Source of the DNA: Paraspadella gotoi
Taxonomy: Eukaryota > Animalia > Chaetognatha
DNA: 64,000 nt
Direction: 5' to 3'
Assembly (NCBI GenBank): GCA_051294375.1
Contig: CM119267.1
Location: 11,915,553 to 11,979,552, forward strand
Shown here: in pieces, positions 54,369 through 64,000 of the stretch
Layout: each line of letters starts with the position of its first letter
How positions within the stretch are numbered: position 1 is the stretch's first letter
Made by a program: the position numbers and the translations under genes
The notes under the pieces: model-generated
What the model was told of the DNA's origin: nothing
Seen by the model: only the letters and a program-made list of their open reading frames with translations
Databases searched by the model: none

Positions 54369-56261
54369 ATGTATCTTTCGTCCTTATCTGGTTCCGACGA
54401 TCATCCGACTGCAGATCCACTGCTGCTGCAGGAGATGGAGGAATTCCACAGCCGAATTCGAGAGTATATCATTTCGCTCATCGTCTTTATCGTTCTTTAC
54501 GTTTGCTCATCTTCGGTCGTTGAATTTTATCGCCGAAAAAGCGACGAGCCCATGCTGCCTCCCAGCGGCGGTGGCGGTGGCGGCGATTACGACGAAGACG
54601 CCGTCGTTCATTGGATTTCAATTCGGCTCTGCAACTTTTCCCTGGCCGTCTCTGCCGGAGCCGTTCTGCTCCATCCGATCTCCATCGTCGGCAATGAGGT
54701 TCTCCTCCGTTTTCCTGAGTCGTACTATGTCAAGTGGCTTAATCTCTCATTGCTTCACACCCTATGGAACCTCATCTTCCTCCTTTCCAACGTATCGCTC
54801 TTCGGCCTTATGCCCTTCGCCTGGATTTTTACTGAGGCGGAGGGGTTTAGCGGGTCGCGACGTGGTCTCCGCTCGCGCATTCTCGAGACGTGCATCGTGC
54901 TTTTCCTCCTCGTCATCATCACGTTCGGACTGGCATTCGTCGGCCTAGCTATTTTCGCCGACGACCGCGATGCCCAAACTTCTCTTTTCGACGTGTGGGA
55001 GTACCATTTCCCCTTTCTTTACTCAATCGTGTCCTTATTCGGCGTCATGTTGCTGCTAATATGCGTTCCCCTGGGTTTTGCCCGAATCTTCACTGGTGTT
55101 GGCCAGTTGTTGGTAAAGCCGCGGTTCCTCCGCGATCTTGACAACGAATTGGCCATAGCACGGTTTGAGGAGGAGTCGCTGTTGCGGAAGCAAACTGAAT
55201 CGGCGCGTTTGCAACAGCGAATGTCGACCCCGGCGTCGCCCGTCACCCATCCTCTCTCACAATTTCGGGAGACGATCCTCGATCGCTTTTCCTACGACGC
55301 CCCCAAATCTCTAGGGTCATCTCCGACTTACTCTCATTCCGCTAAGGACGTTTTTCGCCCCAACACAATTGCCCGAAACGCTTTCAACTACGGCACTCAG
55401 CATTGCGACTATCAGATTCGCGGCGCTCAACTACGAACTTCTTTAAGCGAAAGCAGAATCGGCTATAATAGATACTTCGGCGCTTTCAACGGGATCAGGG
55501 CCAACTCTAATTGCGGGGTGTTCATTGAAGAAGACAGCGAAACTAAGGAACGAGGCGACTTTGAGGAGAGACTTTTACAAGTGCAACAAGAAAGGAAGCA
55601 GTTGGAAAGACAGCAAAAGAAGCCGAAATGGCAGAGAAACTTAGGTTATCCAGTTATAATGATAAGTTTAGTGGGAGTTACTGGACTATCGTTTTTAATG
55701 GTTATCGAAAACGTGGGTGAACTTTTAATGGGTTATAAAGCCTTGCCTGGGGATGGGACAGTGCACAATCTTGGACAATCGTCATATTCAGCCTTTGGTT
55801 CCATCGGTTCTTTCGTACAAGTTATCGTAATTTCCTACGTAATGTTCGCGTCCATTGTGGGCCTTCATAGTGCACCAGGTTTCCGCGATTGTATCCCAAA
55901 ACCTAACGATACGCCTCTAACAGCCATTATCGTTAACGCCACATTGATTCTAGTTCTCTCATCTGCTCAGCCGCTATTAGCCAGAACTTTGGGTCTCACT
56001 AATTTTGATTTGCTAGGCGATTATCGAGAAATTAGGTGGTTGCGACACTTCTACATTGTACTGGTTTACAACCTTGCCTTTGCCGGATCTACAGCTTGGT
56101 GCTTGTTAAGAAAAATTACTGGTCCAGTGAGACAAGAACTGTATAGTCGATTGGGTTCAGCCTTTAAGCCCTCGAAGAATTACAGTTATCTTGCGCGAGG
56201 GATCAATTTGTTTAAATTACCCACCTTTCCTTTTTCGAATTGCGAGAAAAAGAAAATTTAA
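54369..56261 (+). CDS. LMBR1: LMBR1/LMBR1L (Lilipod-like) multi-pass membrane protein, intronless
   Basis: FHSRIREYII, SYYVKWLNLSLLH.LWN, MPFAWIFTEAEGFSGSRRG, WQRNLGYP, LGLTNFDLLGD; multiple TM segments. Confidence 0.93.
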   Translation: MYLSSLSGSDDHPTADPLLLQEMEEFHSRIREYIISLIVFIVLYVCSSSVVEFYRRKSDEPMLPPSGGGGGGDYDEDAVVHWISIRLCNFSLAVSAGAVLLHPISIVGNEVLLRFPESYYVKWLNLSLLHTLWNLIFLLSNVSLFGLMPFAWIFTEAEGFSGSRRGLRSRILETCIVLFLLVIITFGLAFVGLAIFADDRDAQTSLFDVWEYHFPFLYSIVSLFGVMLLLICVPLGFARIFTGVGQLLVKPRFLRDLDNELAIARFEEESLLRKQTESARLQQRMSTPASPVTHPLSQFRETILDRFSYDAPKSLGSSPTYSHSAKDVFRPNTIARNAFNYGTQHCDYQIRGAQLRTSLSESRIGYNRYFGAFNGIRANSNCGVFIEEDSETKERGDFEERLLQVQQERKQLERQQKKPKWQRNLGYPVIMISLVGVTGLSFLMVIENVGELLMGYKALPGDGTVHNLGQSSYSAFGSIGSFVQVIVISYVMFASIVGLHSAPGFRDCIPKPNDTPLTAIIVNATLILVLSSAQPLLARTLGLTNFDLLGDYREIRWLRHFYIVLVYNLAFAGSTAWCLLRKITGPVRQELYSRLGSAFKPSKNYSYLARGINLFKLPTFPFSNCEKKKI

Positions 56262-58616
56262 TTTTTAGTTATAAATTGCATTAACCTCCAGAACTTGGTT
56301 TTCTCAAAATAGTGAAACGTAAACATAGTAACATCAAATAAATAATAATACCCTTCAATTGTAATTTCTTGCCAGAATTATCCAACTCGAATACTTTCGT
56401 AATTTTGAAACCGTCCGAAATATTCTCAAGGTTTTATCTAATAATTTGCCTATATCCAGTAGATACGTTTTAAATTCATTTTTGTTTGTGTCAATTTTCT
56501 AGTCTTTGAGACTTTTTATACCATTAGTTTATTAATATGGACAAGTTATTTTTTATTTTAGCACGGTTTTTTTTTATCGTCACAATCCCTTGCGTTTGCG
56601 ACGATTATGGGACGATGGTCCCAATAAACGTTGTCGTCCTTCCAAATAATAGATCACCCTTTTATGTATTATTTGTAATTGTATGAAACTGAAAATTTAG
56701 ATGTGCAGTCACGTACAAAAAAACCCGCCACTATATTTCAGCCTTTAAAAATCACCCTGTTTATTTTGATTTTTTACAAAAATTTATAAGTGAATTAACG
56801 TTTATTAAAAAATAAAAAGTTAAGCATAAATTTTATAAAAATTAGTCTATCCATTTATGAGCAGTAATCTTTTTTAAATAAATATTCCACAGCAAAGTTT
56901 AACGTAAATTAAAAATAATTGTACTTTCTTATATCAACTTTTTGCAAAGAATCCAAATCCGATCTTAAAATTTAAAAATTTACATTTTGAAATTTTAGCT
57001 TATATACTTATTACTATAATATAGTCTATATATATTATATAAGTATAGCTCACTGGTGGCCACTAATGTATAAAATTAAAAAATAAACTTACCAAAGTTT
57101 TTTTATTGGTTTTTATTTTCATATTTTATATGCTAAATTTTAATTTTCTAAAATTTTATCATTTTCACATCACTCTACTCTGCAACGTCTGAGCAGAAAG
57201 TTCTCTTTCTCTCTCCCTTTTTTTTTTTTAAAAAAATTGTGTCAGCATCGAAGTCATGACGTTAAGTGTCGCAGTCGCGCGTTATCATTTTATCATCGCA
57301 AAATCGGTTTTTATCTCAATTTTAGGCTTAGATATCGGCTAAACGTCAAAGCACTTTTTGGGAGACTTTCTGTCTGCCTTCAGCGCGAGAACGGGGACCT
57401 GCTTGCTTCCCGAAGTCCCGTGATTGAGTTGCCGTCTCATGTGGACGGAGTTGCTTGACTTTGTCCACTGAACTTGTTGACATAAGATATTTTTGCAACC
57501 ATTCCCGCAATTATTTGTTTGATCTGTTTTCTTTTCAGGAAAAAAAAAATTCTTATTTTTTCGTTTTCTCTTGTTCCTCTCTCGATTTACTTCTAGAATT
57601 TTCTGTCTGTTTGTCCATCTGTCATTGGATATTCCTTTTGTTTTTTTACTTCTAGGCTAATTATTTATAAAACTAATTTTTCTATATCAAATTTGATATT
57701 TTGTTTGCGTATCAAAGTTTGTCATGGGTCCAGGTTTTTGCTACGTGTTTGCAACGATCCTTATGCTTTTAGGATTTTTTTCATCTTGACAGATTTCGAC
57801 ATCACTCAAAATTGTTATTCCCAGAAAGTATTATCTTTAGTTGTTGTCTTTGTAGACTTTTAGTTTAGGAGTAGATTGTATATTTTAAAGTTATTGTTAC
57901 ATTAACATTGACCGATTAAAGAAAGGCTTTTCATGAAAATTGAATATAAATTACAGATTAAACTATTTTTAATGCTGTACTGTAAATGGTAAGCTTTCAT
58001 TGTTCTTAGTTTTAAAAATTCAGTTGCTAATTTTTTTCAAAAGCTTCAAATTAAAAATATATCATATAGAACTGTACTGTAATATGTAATAAATATTATT
58101 TTGTAGCATTTTTTTATTCAGCGTTCAAGCCCTTCATTAATTTTCTATTGTTCGCATACATTAATCGGGTTATTCTTCTTTGTATCATCGTTTTATTTAT
58201 TTTTTCTTATTTTATTATTTATAACTGATACGAATATAAAAATAATTTTTAATTCATAAATTTGATATTCAATTCCCTTTTTAAATTTATTGGCGACACT
58301 ATTAAAGTACATTTAACGATAAAAAAAACTACTTAACTTTTTTCTTAGTCCTTTGAAAAGCTTAGTTATCATGATACTTTATAAGGTACGTAAATTTATA
58401 TCACATATTTGTTTTTTATTCTTTATTTTGTATTAATTTACGATTGACCGTTGGGTATACACTTACAGTGATAACTCATTATCATTCATCCATATTACTA
58501 GAGTATCGTTGCCGATATATTTATACTCCTGAGATTTCTTAATTTTGTTTTAGGTACGAGTTTTGTCGTGAGTAACGTCGAAATGCAGTAGCTTGGCTCA
58601 TTTTCTGGATTGAAAT

Positions 58617-61600
58617 ATGGCCCAAATTGGCCTCGTCCAAGCTCTCTGTCTGGGTCCTGGCATAGCTTTGTTCCCCGCCAACATAAGCTCTGGCTTGGTG
58701 CCTACTCGGAATCCTCCCGCCGAAAGAAATGCCAATTACAGCAGCATATCCACGCCGGTCGAGCAGGGGGGCGTTCTCTCAGGCCCTCTACGCGGCGACA
58801 TTTGCCGTCGTTACGGGTTGGAGTTCATGTTACTACAAAGGTTTTACCAAAACCCGGATTTGTGGTCGGAACTGAAGACCAAGTACGAAGATAGGCAGAA
58901 GAAGCGAATCTTGAAAAGACTAAAAAAGAAAGCCGCCTTCAAGGAAAAAATGGAGCAGAGAAAGAGAGAGTCAGATCCTGACCAATCGACGACTAACCAT
59001 AAACTTCGAAAGGATTCCAGTTCCGACGAGAACGACGAGGACGAGGAGAGACACAACTCACACGCCAGCCACGGCTTCATCATTCTCAATTCGCGAACGG
59101 GATCGACGCAAACTGTGATACAAGGACCTATAACCAGCAAGAGGAACGTCAACAAAGACCGACTCCCCAACAGTCCGTTAAAAACATACGCCGATCATCC
59201 GGTTCAATCGCAGGAAGAATTGGATCTTTTCCACTGCCTGAGAGATTTAGATACGACTTGGTCTTGGATACTTTGGTCATCCAAGGACCACTGGAACCCC
59301 GAATTCCTGATCTTTCTACTGGGGGAGATCGAAATCGATAAATCTTGCAGACCCCGTGGGCTTTCCGAGAATATTATTTCGTCTTATTTGAATCGCCACC
59401 AATTCACAGAGCTTTACTTGGACGGCATCAACAACGGGTTCCGCAACGGCGGAGGAAACCGACAAAGCGCCCAGTTCGAAGTCGGCCTTGGTTTCGCTGC
59501 TAACGGAAACAACGCCGCCACCCTGGGCCAAACTCGCTTTCAGCAATCCTATCTTGGTTCTTACAACGGTGGAATACCGCCCGAGATATTTCGATGTTCT
59601 CAGGTTCGGATCTTGTCCTTGAGATCCAACCATTTGGACGTACTGCCCGCGGACATAGGTCGAATGCAAAAATTGGAATATTTGGCGCTGACCAACAACC
59701 GTCTACAAAACTCCTCCATCCCTTATACCTTGTCGTTCTGCACGAAGCTAAAAACTCTACTTCTTGATGACAATTTGCTGGATGCGCTTCCAGGGTTTTT
59801 GCTAAAAATGCACTCTTTGGAAACTGTACATAGACACGGGAATCACAATTACTTCAAAGCCACGTTCATGTGGTACCACACGGTGACTTGAATTAGTTTT
59901 TTTATCTCGCCAGACGGGCTTAAGCCCGACTTGGGCGAGATGTTGGATTGCTTCTGCTTCTTTGTGATTGTCGTCGTTGTCGTCATACTTTTTTATAATT
60001 AGAAATTTTAAAAGCGTATAACCCTAAAAAACTAAAAATTTAGATAAAGATTTTTATCATCAAGATCTTTAAGAATCATAAGTTTCATATTGCTTCCCAC
60101 ATTTGTTTATTTTATTTACAAAACAATATTTATATAAAAATTACTACAAATTATAATTACATGTCTTTTTTTTTTTCCATCGCTGTTTTTTCTGATTTGT
60201 TTAAAAATGAGTTCAGCTCTGTAGCGGCTGGAGTTCCTTTTCTTTCTCTCACTCATACAAGCATATGTTTTTATTTTAAATGAATGATTCATTGTATCAA
60301 TGAATGATTAATAGAATATTTGGTTATTATCGCATTAATAGTTGGTTATCATTGTATTAATAATTAATTATTATTATATCAAACAATTATTGTTATATTA
60401 ATCAATTATTGTTATATCAATCAATTACTATTATATTAATCAATTATTATTATATCAATCAATTATTATTATATTAATCAGTTATTGTTACATCAATCAA
60501 TTACTATTATATCAATCAATTATTATTGCATTAATCAAATATTATTATATCAATAAATTATTATTATATAAATTAATTATTATTATATCAATCTATTATT
60601 ATTACATCAATTTATATTATTATATAAATCTATTATTATTATATCAATCTATTATTATCACATCAATATATTATTATTACATCAATCTATTATTATTACA
60701 TCAATCTATTATTATTATATCAATCTATTACCATTATATCAATCTATTATTATTTAATCAATCCATTATTATTATATCAATCTATTATTATTATATTAAT
60801 CTATTACTATTATATTAATCTATTATCATTATATAAATTTATTACTATTATATCAATCTATTATTATTATATCAATCTATTATTATTACATCAATCTATT
60901 ATTTTTATTAATATATTACTATTATATCAAACTATTATTATTATATCAATCTATTATTATTATATTAATCAATTACTATTATATCAATTAATTATTATTT
61001 CAATAATTCGTTATTGCATATATGGTTTTTTTCTTGGATTTTTCCATTAATTTTTTTTATAGTAACTTCTGGCGAGATCAATATACTTTTAAGATTTTTT
61101 CTTTTAGTTGTGGAATAAACATTGTGTGGCCCAAATATTACCCAATCTCGTTACAGGACGTCAACGAACGAATCTTGCCGACCTTCGACGATATCGTCGC
61201 CAGTCATTCATCCAGTTCCGCCGGCTCCTCTTCCCAATCTTCCCTGACGACCTATTCGCCCGAACCCCTTAACTTCTTGGCGGCCAAGTCGCTTCTCGGT
61301 CACAAGATCAACTTCTTTTTGGCCGATGACTTGGCTCCGCCCATGAAAGACTTCATCGTCGACATCTATGAACGGTTCGATTTAGAAGTTTGCGAGAATT
61401 GTTGCACTGCCAAGGTGATGCCATCGCTTGGCTACAAAGTGATAACCTTTAAAAACCCGTATTTGGGAAATACTTGCGTTCCATTTCAACATTGGGCGTG
61501 CTCCATGCATTGCGCAAAGTCTATTGAGGAACCCGCGCGATTGGAGCAAGTTTCAGCCGCCGCTCGTCTCGATCGTCTGTACGATCTCGAAGTTCGTCAG

Positions 61601-61765
61601 GCACAAGAGGATTTCGTTCATCGTTACCACCGTAGCCAAGGTTCCCGAAGAATGTGGCCGTCTCGACAAAGATGTCGTAACGAAGCCGGAGACTCTGCTG
61701 CTGTATTACCGCCTCCTTGTGAATATGCAATCAGACCTACTGATACTTGTTGCATTGTGATGTAA
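58617..61765 (+). CDS. Leucine-rich-repeat protein with a Cys-rich C-terminus and CAAX box (LRRC58/LRRC28-like architecture)
   Basis: Exons 58617-59882 and 61157-61765 (phase 0). LSLRSNHL, LALTNNRL and LLLDDNLL repeats; PLNFLAAKSL BC-box-like motif; CxxC...CSxxC; ends CCIVM*. Confidence 0.85.
59900..59990. mobile_element. Hairpin-headed repeat end, possibly Helentron/DINE-like
   Basis: T-run, then ATCTCGCC...CGGGCTTAAGCCCG...GGCGAGAT stem-loop followed by simple repeats. Family assignment is by resemblance only. Confidence 0.35.
60360..61000. repeat. AT-rich degenerate minisatellite (about 16-19 bp ATCAATCTATTATTATTAT units)
   Basis: About 30 visible imperfect tandem units in the LRR gene intron. 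Confidence 0.92.
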
Positions 61766-62125
61766 CCTTTCAGCTTTCATTAGCCAGACAAATCGAACCC
61801 ATGAGACTGATTAGAAACGGAAGAATGCTACTTTTTTTTGCTTTCCAACTAGAATCCTTTTATGGTTGATATTTATTGATTTTGTCGTATTTTGTATTAA
61901 TATTATTATTTTGTTAATCTCTTGATTAGTAGCATTCATCAGCTCTATACTTACGAAAGAATTGTTGAAGTGCTAAACGATCAGAACTATTGGCTAATTC
62001 ATTAATGTTAGTCGTTTCCATCCATTGTGACGGATAATCTTTTTTCACATTGGACCTTGGTACTTTTGCCTTTTTAAATGTTTTTCATTCTTTCCGCTCA
62101 GGATCAGTTCTACAAAGTCATTAAA

Positions 62126-64000
62126 ATGCATATTAAAGAGTTGCGTTTGAAAAACTTTCGATCATATGCCGAATGTCACATTCAGTTTTCACCCCACGTT
62201 AATGGTATTTACGGCCTCAACGGTTCCGGGAAAAGCAACATTCTAAAGGCTATTGAATATGTGCTGTCTCACACCTATCTCCGCCCCCACAATTGCGAGT
62301 ACCTTTATCGTGATGTGAGTTTCGTTCCGAGGAACTCTGGCAGTGTCCGACCGACTGGAACCGAGATCGTCGTCGTCGTCGACAACCACGATCGTAGAAT
62401 CCCTGCTGATCAAGACGAGATCATCTTTAAACGGGAAATTCGTCTCAAGACCGATCAGTTTTACTTCAATGGCAAAAAGATTAACAAAAAAGAGATGGAA
62501 GAGTTTTTAGAGACCTCGGGATTGAGCTGTATGAATCCTTACTACTTCGTTCATCAGGGCATGATTACTCAAATATCGGAGGCTTCGCCGATTGCTCGTC
62601 ATCGGACATTGAAAGATATCGCCGGATTCTCTTATTATGAAGAGAAGCGGAAAAGCATGATGGTGGATCTCAATAACTGCGACAAAAAAATGCAAAATAT
62701 TGATTTGCTGTTCGCAGAATACAAAAGGGAAATAGATAAAATGGGAGCCACAAACAAAGATTTTCTACAATTCAAAAAGCTGGAACGTGAAATTACCGTT
62801 TGTCGCTATGGCATTGAAACTGTTAAGGCCCGTGCTTTTCAAAAGACGCTGGCGGCAGAAGAGGCCGAAATGTCTTCCCAGTTGCGTCCCGAAGTCGCAC
62901 GAAGGGAAAACGAATTGCGTGAAATTGAGGCCCAGTTAGTGATATTGAACAAAAACGTGAATGATAAGTCGGTGGAATCAAGGAGATTGGAAACGCTTCT
63001 CTCGACCAAAAAGGATGAGAGAGACGAATTGGTTGCTCGATATTCCAAAAACGAGTGCCTTAAAATATCTTTAGAGAGCGAGTTAACCGATCTCAAGACC
63101 AACACCTTAGATGAATCGATGGCGCCTCGTCTAGAGGAAGAAATGAGAATTGCTGAAAGCGACAGAGATAAAGTCGCTATAGAGTTCAATGTAATGAAGG
63201 AGGAAGAGGTGAAGACAAAGAAAGAGTTGAATGGACTGAAAGCCCAGCAAGAGAGGATGATTAATCGGCAGGCGGCCGCCAAGGCTTTTAAAGGTGACAG
63301 GAAAAAAAGGGATAAGTTTCTTCGAGAGAAAATAAGAGATATAGACGCTATCAAGCGTACCTGCGAAGATAATATCGTCGAACACGAACAGATTATTGAA
63401 GAACAGGAAAAAAATTTGAGGAACAAAAGCGCACATTTACAAGATATTATAAAAGAAAAATCGATTCATAAAGAAAAATACGAAAAATTAAAAAAGTTGT
63501 TTGAAGATTGCAAAACACGATTGGTTAATGCGAAATCAAAAATTTTAGAGGCAACAAAGGAGACTTCTATGAAGGAAACCGAATACGATATAATTCAAAC
63601 AAATACGGTAAAATTCGAAAATAATCTTAAAATGCCATTCGCCGTAAAGATAGGTTTCAACAGTATAACTGTAATTATCGATTCTTTGAAGGAAGAAGCG
63701 GTTTCAGGTAGTCCGGATAAAGAAGCAGATGCGCAAACATTGCTGGATAATTATTATGGTTTACTCATCGATCATATTGTGCCTGTGAACGATTCATTCA
63801 TTGTTGCCGTGGAAGTGATTGCCGGAAACAAGTTGTGGCATTATGTGGTTGACAATTCGCTGGTGGCCACGGAGTTCTTAAAGCGTCAAAAGTCGATGAA
63901 ATTGCCTGGAGAAATAAATTTTATTTCAGTCAAAGAAGTCGCCGAATTCATTGAAAAAACACCCCCGATCAACCAAGAATGGATCCAGGGAAAATTACCG
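62126..64000 (+). CDS. SMC3: Divergent SMC3-like cohesin subunit (5' part, runs off the window)
   Basis: Absent from the ORF track, presumably because it has no stop. MHIKELRLKNFRSY, Walker A GLNGSGKSN, NPYYFVHQG Q-loop, coiled coil, and hinge AVEVIAGNKLWHYVVD...LPGEINF in the same frame (spot-checked). Confidence 0.9.
   Translation, partial: MHIKELRLKNFRSYAECHIQFSPHVNGIYGLNGSGKSNILKAIEYVLSHTYLRPHNCEYLYRDVSFVPRNSGSVRPTGTEIVVVVDNHDRRIPADQDEIIFKREIRLKTDQFYFNGKKINKKEMEEFLETSGLSCMNPYYFVHQGMITQISEASPIARHRTLKDIAGFSYYEEKRKSMMVDLNNCDKKMQNIDLLFAEYKREIDKMGATNKDFLQFKKLEREITVCRYGIETVKARAFQKTLAAEEAEMSSQLRPEVARRENELREIEAQLVILNKNVNDKSVESRRLETLLSTKKDERDELVARYSKNECLKISLESELTDLKTNTLDESMAPRLEEEMRIAESDRDKVAIEFNVMKEEEVKTKKELNGLKAQQERMINRQAAAKAFKGDRKKRDKFLREKIRDIDAIKRTCEDNIVEHEQIIEEQEKNLRNKSAHLQDIIKEKSIHKEKYEKLKKLFEDCKTRLVNAKSKILEATKETSMKETEYDIIQTNTVKFENNLKMPFAVKIGFNSITVIIDSLKEEAVSGSPDKEADAQTLLDNYYGLLIDHIVPVNDSFIVAVEVIAGNKLWHYVVDNSLVATEFLKRQKSMKLPGEINFISVKEVAEFIEKTPPINQEWIQGKLP

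Overview
AT-rich, intron-containing invertebrate animal DNA with GC3-rich exons, many (GA)n tracts and four short N gaps; not prokaryotic, no CRISPR. All calls are from manual reading and translation; no searches were run. Minus strand: a CUB-domain exon at 8.4-8.8 kb and a fibrinogen-like exon at 0.8 kb. From 11 kb on, every recognisable gene is on the plus strand: a spliced microprotein gene not recognisable in the ORF track, a CD63-like tetraspanin, RFX4, a six-exon N-acylated globin-like gene lacking haem histidines, novel PKC delta/theta, Beclin-1, INTS11, LMBR1-like, an LRR/BC-box/CAAX protein and a divergent SMC3 running off the end. Mobile DNA includes a complete TRIM with tRNA-like sequence in both LTRs plus related fragments, hAT- and mariner/pogo-type MITEs and an unclassified ~600 bp repeat family. 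Best leads: the tRNA-LTR TRIM, the His-less globin-like protein, the SMC3 with an altered acetylation KK motif, operon-like packing of BECN1-INTS11-LMBR1, the microprotein with two alternative in-frame last exons, and an X-box cluster at the RFX4 start.
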